From Mobula hypostoma (Eukaryota), in NCBI RefSeq assembly GCF_963921235.1, contig NC_086108.1, positions 43,154,001-43,218,000 on the forward strand: a stretch of 64,000 bases of DNA, given 5' to 3'. Positions within the stretch are counted from its first letter, which is position 1; each line of letters opens with the position of its first letter. Under the pieces are notes generated by a model. The model saw only the letters and a list, made by a program, of their open reading frames with translations. It was not told where the DNA came from and ran no database searches. This document shows positions 61,745-64,000 of the stretch, piece by piece. A program made the position numbers and the translations under genes.

Positions 61745-63608
61745 AACACGTACTGACTGTAAAAGCTTTTATAGATATGTAAAAAGGAAAAGACTGGTAA
61801 AGACAAACATAGGTCCCCTACAGACAGAAACAGGTGAATTGATTATGGGGAGCAAGGACATGGCAGACCAATTGAATAATTACTTTGGTTCTGTCTTCAC
61901 TAAGGAGGACATAAATAATCTTCCAGAAATAGTAGGGGACAGAGGGTCCAGTGAGATGGAGGAACTGAGCGAAATACATGTTAGTAGGGAAGTGGTGTTA
62001 GGTAAATTGAAGGGATTAAAGGCAGATAAATCCCCAGGGCCAGATGGTCTGCATCCCAGAGTGCTTAAGGAAGTAGCCCAAGAAATAGTGGATGCATTAG
62101 TGATAATTTTTCAAAACTCGTTAGATTCTGGACTAGTTCCTGAGGATTGGAGGGTGGCTAATGTAACCCCACTTTTTAAAAAAGGAGGGAGAGAGAAACC
62201 AGGGAATTATAGACCGGTTAGCCTAATGTCAGTGGTGGGGAAACTGCTGGAGTCAGTTATCAAAGATGTGATAACAGTACATTTGGAAAGCGGTGAAATC
62301 ATCGGACAAAGTCAGCATGGATTTGTGAAAGGAAAATCATGTCTGACGAATCTCATAGAATTTTTTGAGGATGTAACTAGTAGAGTGGATAGGGGAAAAC
62401 CAGTGGATGTGGTATATTTGGATTTTCAAAAGGCTTTTGACAAGGTCCCACACAGGAGATTAGTGTGCAAACTTAAAGCACACGGTATTGGGGCTAAAGT
62501 ATTGATGTGGTTAGAGAATTGGTTAGCAGACAGGAAGCAAAGAGTGGGAATAAACGGGACCTTTTCAGAATGGCAGGCAGTGACTAGTGGGGTACCGCAA
62601 GGCTCAGTGCTGGGACCCCAGTTGTTTACAATATATATTAATGACTTGGATGAGGGAATTAAATGCAGCATCTCCAAGTTTGCGGATGACACGAAGCTGG
62701 GCGGCACCGTTAGCTGTGAGGAGGATGCTAAGAGGATGCAGGGTGACTTGGATAGGTTGGGTGAGTGGGCAAATTCATGGCAGATGCAATTTAATGTGGA
62801 TAAATGTGAAGTTATCCACTTTGGTGGCAAAAATAGGAAAACAGATTATTATCTGAATGGTGGCCGATTAGGAAAAGGGGAGGTGCAACGAGACCTGGGT
62901 GTCATTATACACCAGTCATTGAAAGTGGGTATGCAGGTACAGCAGGCAGTGAAAAAGGCGAATGGTATGCTAGCATTTATAGCAAGAGGATTCGAGTACA
63001 GGAGCAGGGAGGTACTACTGCAGTTGTACAAGGCCTTGGTGAGACCACACCTGGAGTATTGTGTGCAGTTTTGGTCCCCTAATCTGAGGAAGGACATCCT
63101 TGCCATAGAGGGAGTACAAAGAAGGTTCACCAGATTGATTCCTGGGATGGCAGGACTTTCATATGAAGAAAGACTGGATGAACTGGGCTTGTACTCGTTG
63201 GAATTTAGAAGATTGAGGGGGGATCTGATTGAAACGTATAAAATCCTAAAGGGATTGGACAGGCTAGATGCAGGAAGATTGTTCCCGATGTTGGGGAAGT
63301 CCAGAACGAGGGGTCACAGTTTGAGGATAAAGGGGAAGCCTTTTAGGACCGAGATTAGGAAAAACTTCTTCACACAGAGAGTGGTGAATCTGTGGAATTC
63401 TCTGCCACAGGAAACAGTTGAGGCCAGTTCATTGGCTATATTTAAGAGGGAGTTAGATATGGCCCCTGTGGCTACGGGGATCAGGGGGTATGGAGGGAAG
63501 GCTGGTACAGGGTTCTGAGTTGGATGATCAGCCATGATCATAATAAATGGCGGTGCAGGCTCGAAGGGCCGAATGGCCTACTCCTGCACCTATTTTCTAT
63601 GTTTCTAT
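61745..63608 (+). mobile_element. Young 5'-truncated CR1 (RT to C-terminus open) inserted in an older CR1 remnant (~61590-64000)
   Basis: 622-aa ORF 61650..63518 with intact RT motifs (YLDFQKAFD, GVPQGSVLGP, KFADD); 3' UTR ends ttttctatgtttctat. Confidence 0.93.
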
Positions 63609-64000
63609 TACATGTAAAAGCCGGGGGTAGCAAGCACAGGAAACCTTGGAAGTCGAAGGAGATTGGCAGTTGGAGAAAGGAAAAGGATGCACATGACAGG
63701 TAAAGATAATCAATGATGAGGAAGACTATCGAACATAAAAAGTGTAGGGAGACACCTGTAATGGAAATTCAGAAGGTTGAGGGGTCATCAAAAAATAACA
63801 ATCGGCAGATGGGGATAAGGCAAACTCAAAGACGGTCTATAAATATATTAAGGGCAAAGCAATAGCCGGGGGAAAGCGATGCCCATTATCGACAGTATGG
63901 ACAATCTGTATGTGGAGTGAGAATATACTGGTGTGGTCCAAAATAAATGCTTTTCATCAGTATTCATAAAGACAGACTCTGTAATTGGAAAATTCAGTGA

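Noticed and set aside
61650..63518. 622-aa ORF as a domesticated RT gene
   Set aside because: It is a 5'-truncated young CR1 with its 3' UTR and tail intact. The N-terminus comes from the older host CR1 with a TTG start and no promoter evidence.

Overview
This is eukaryotic, vertebrate genomic DNA. The repeat set (CR1, Penelope, Rex1/Babar, V-SINE, Tx1) suggests a cartilaginous fish; that assignment is an inference. Two host genes can be rebuilt exon by exon. TRMT13 (tRNA position-4 2'-O-methyltransferase) lies on +, with 11 coding exons at 13869-42507 (1446 nt, 481 aa) starting in a CpG-island promoter. The last six coding exons of LRRC39 lie on - (60135 to 42787); its 5' exons are not seen and probably lie beyond the window end. 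The two genes converge tail-to-tail, with stop codons about 280 bp apart. The remainder is densely nested mobile DNA: CR1, Rex1/Babar, RTE and L1/Tx1 LINEs, Penelope-like elements (PLEs), tRNA-derived SINEs, a solo LTR, and Tigger and hAT DNA transposons. The most notable non-genic signals are: five minimal type-I hammerhead ribozyme motifs in the PLE termini; a ~235-bp hairpin inside a Tigger element; a SINE whose body parallels the RTE 5' UTR; a three-layer hAT/hAT/Tigger composite; a GC-AG intron in LRRC39; and a two-strand poly(A) signal between the convergent genes. I found no prokaryotic-type system such as CRISPR. Most oddities have known precedents, so novelty claims are modest.
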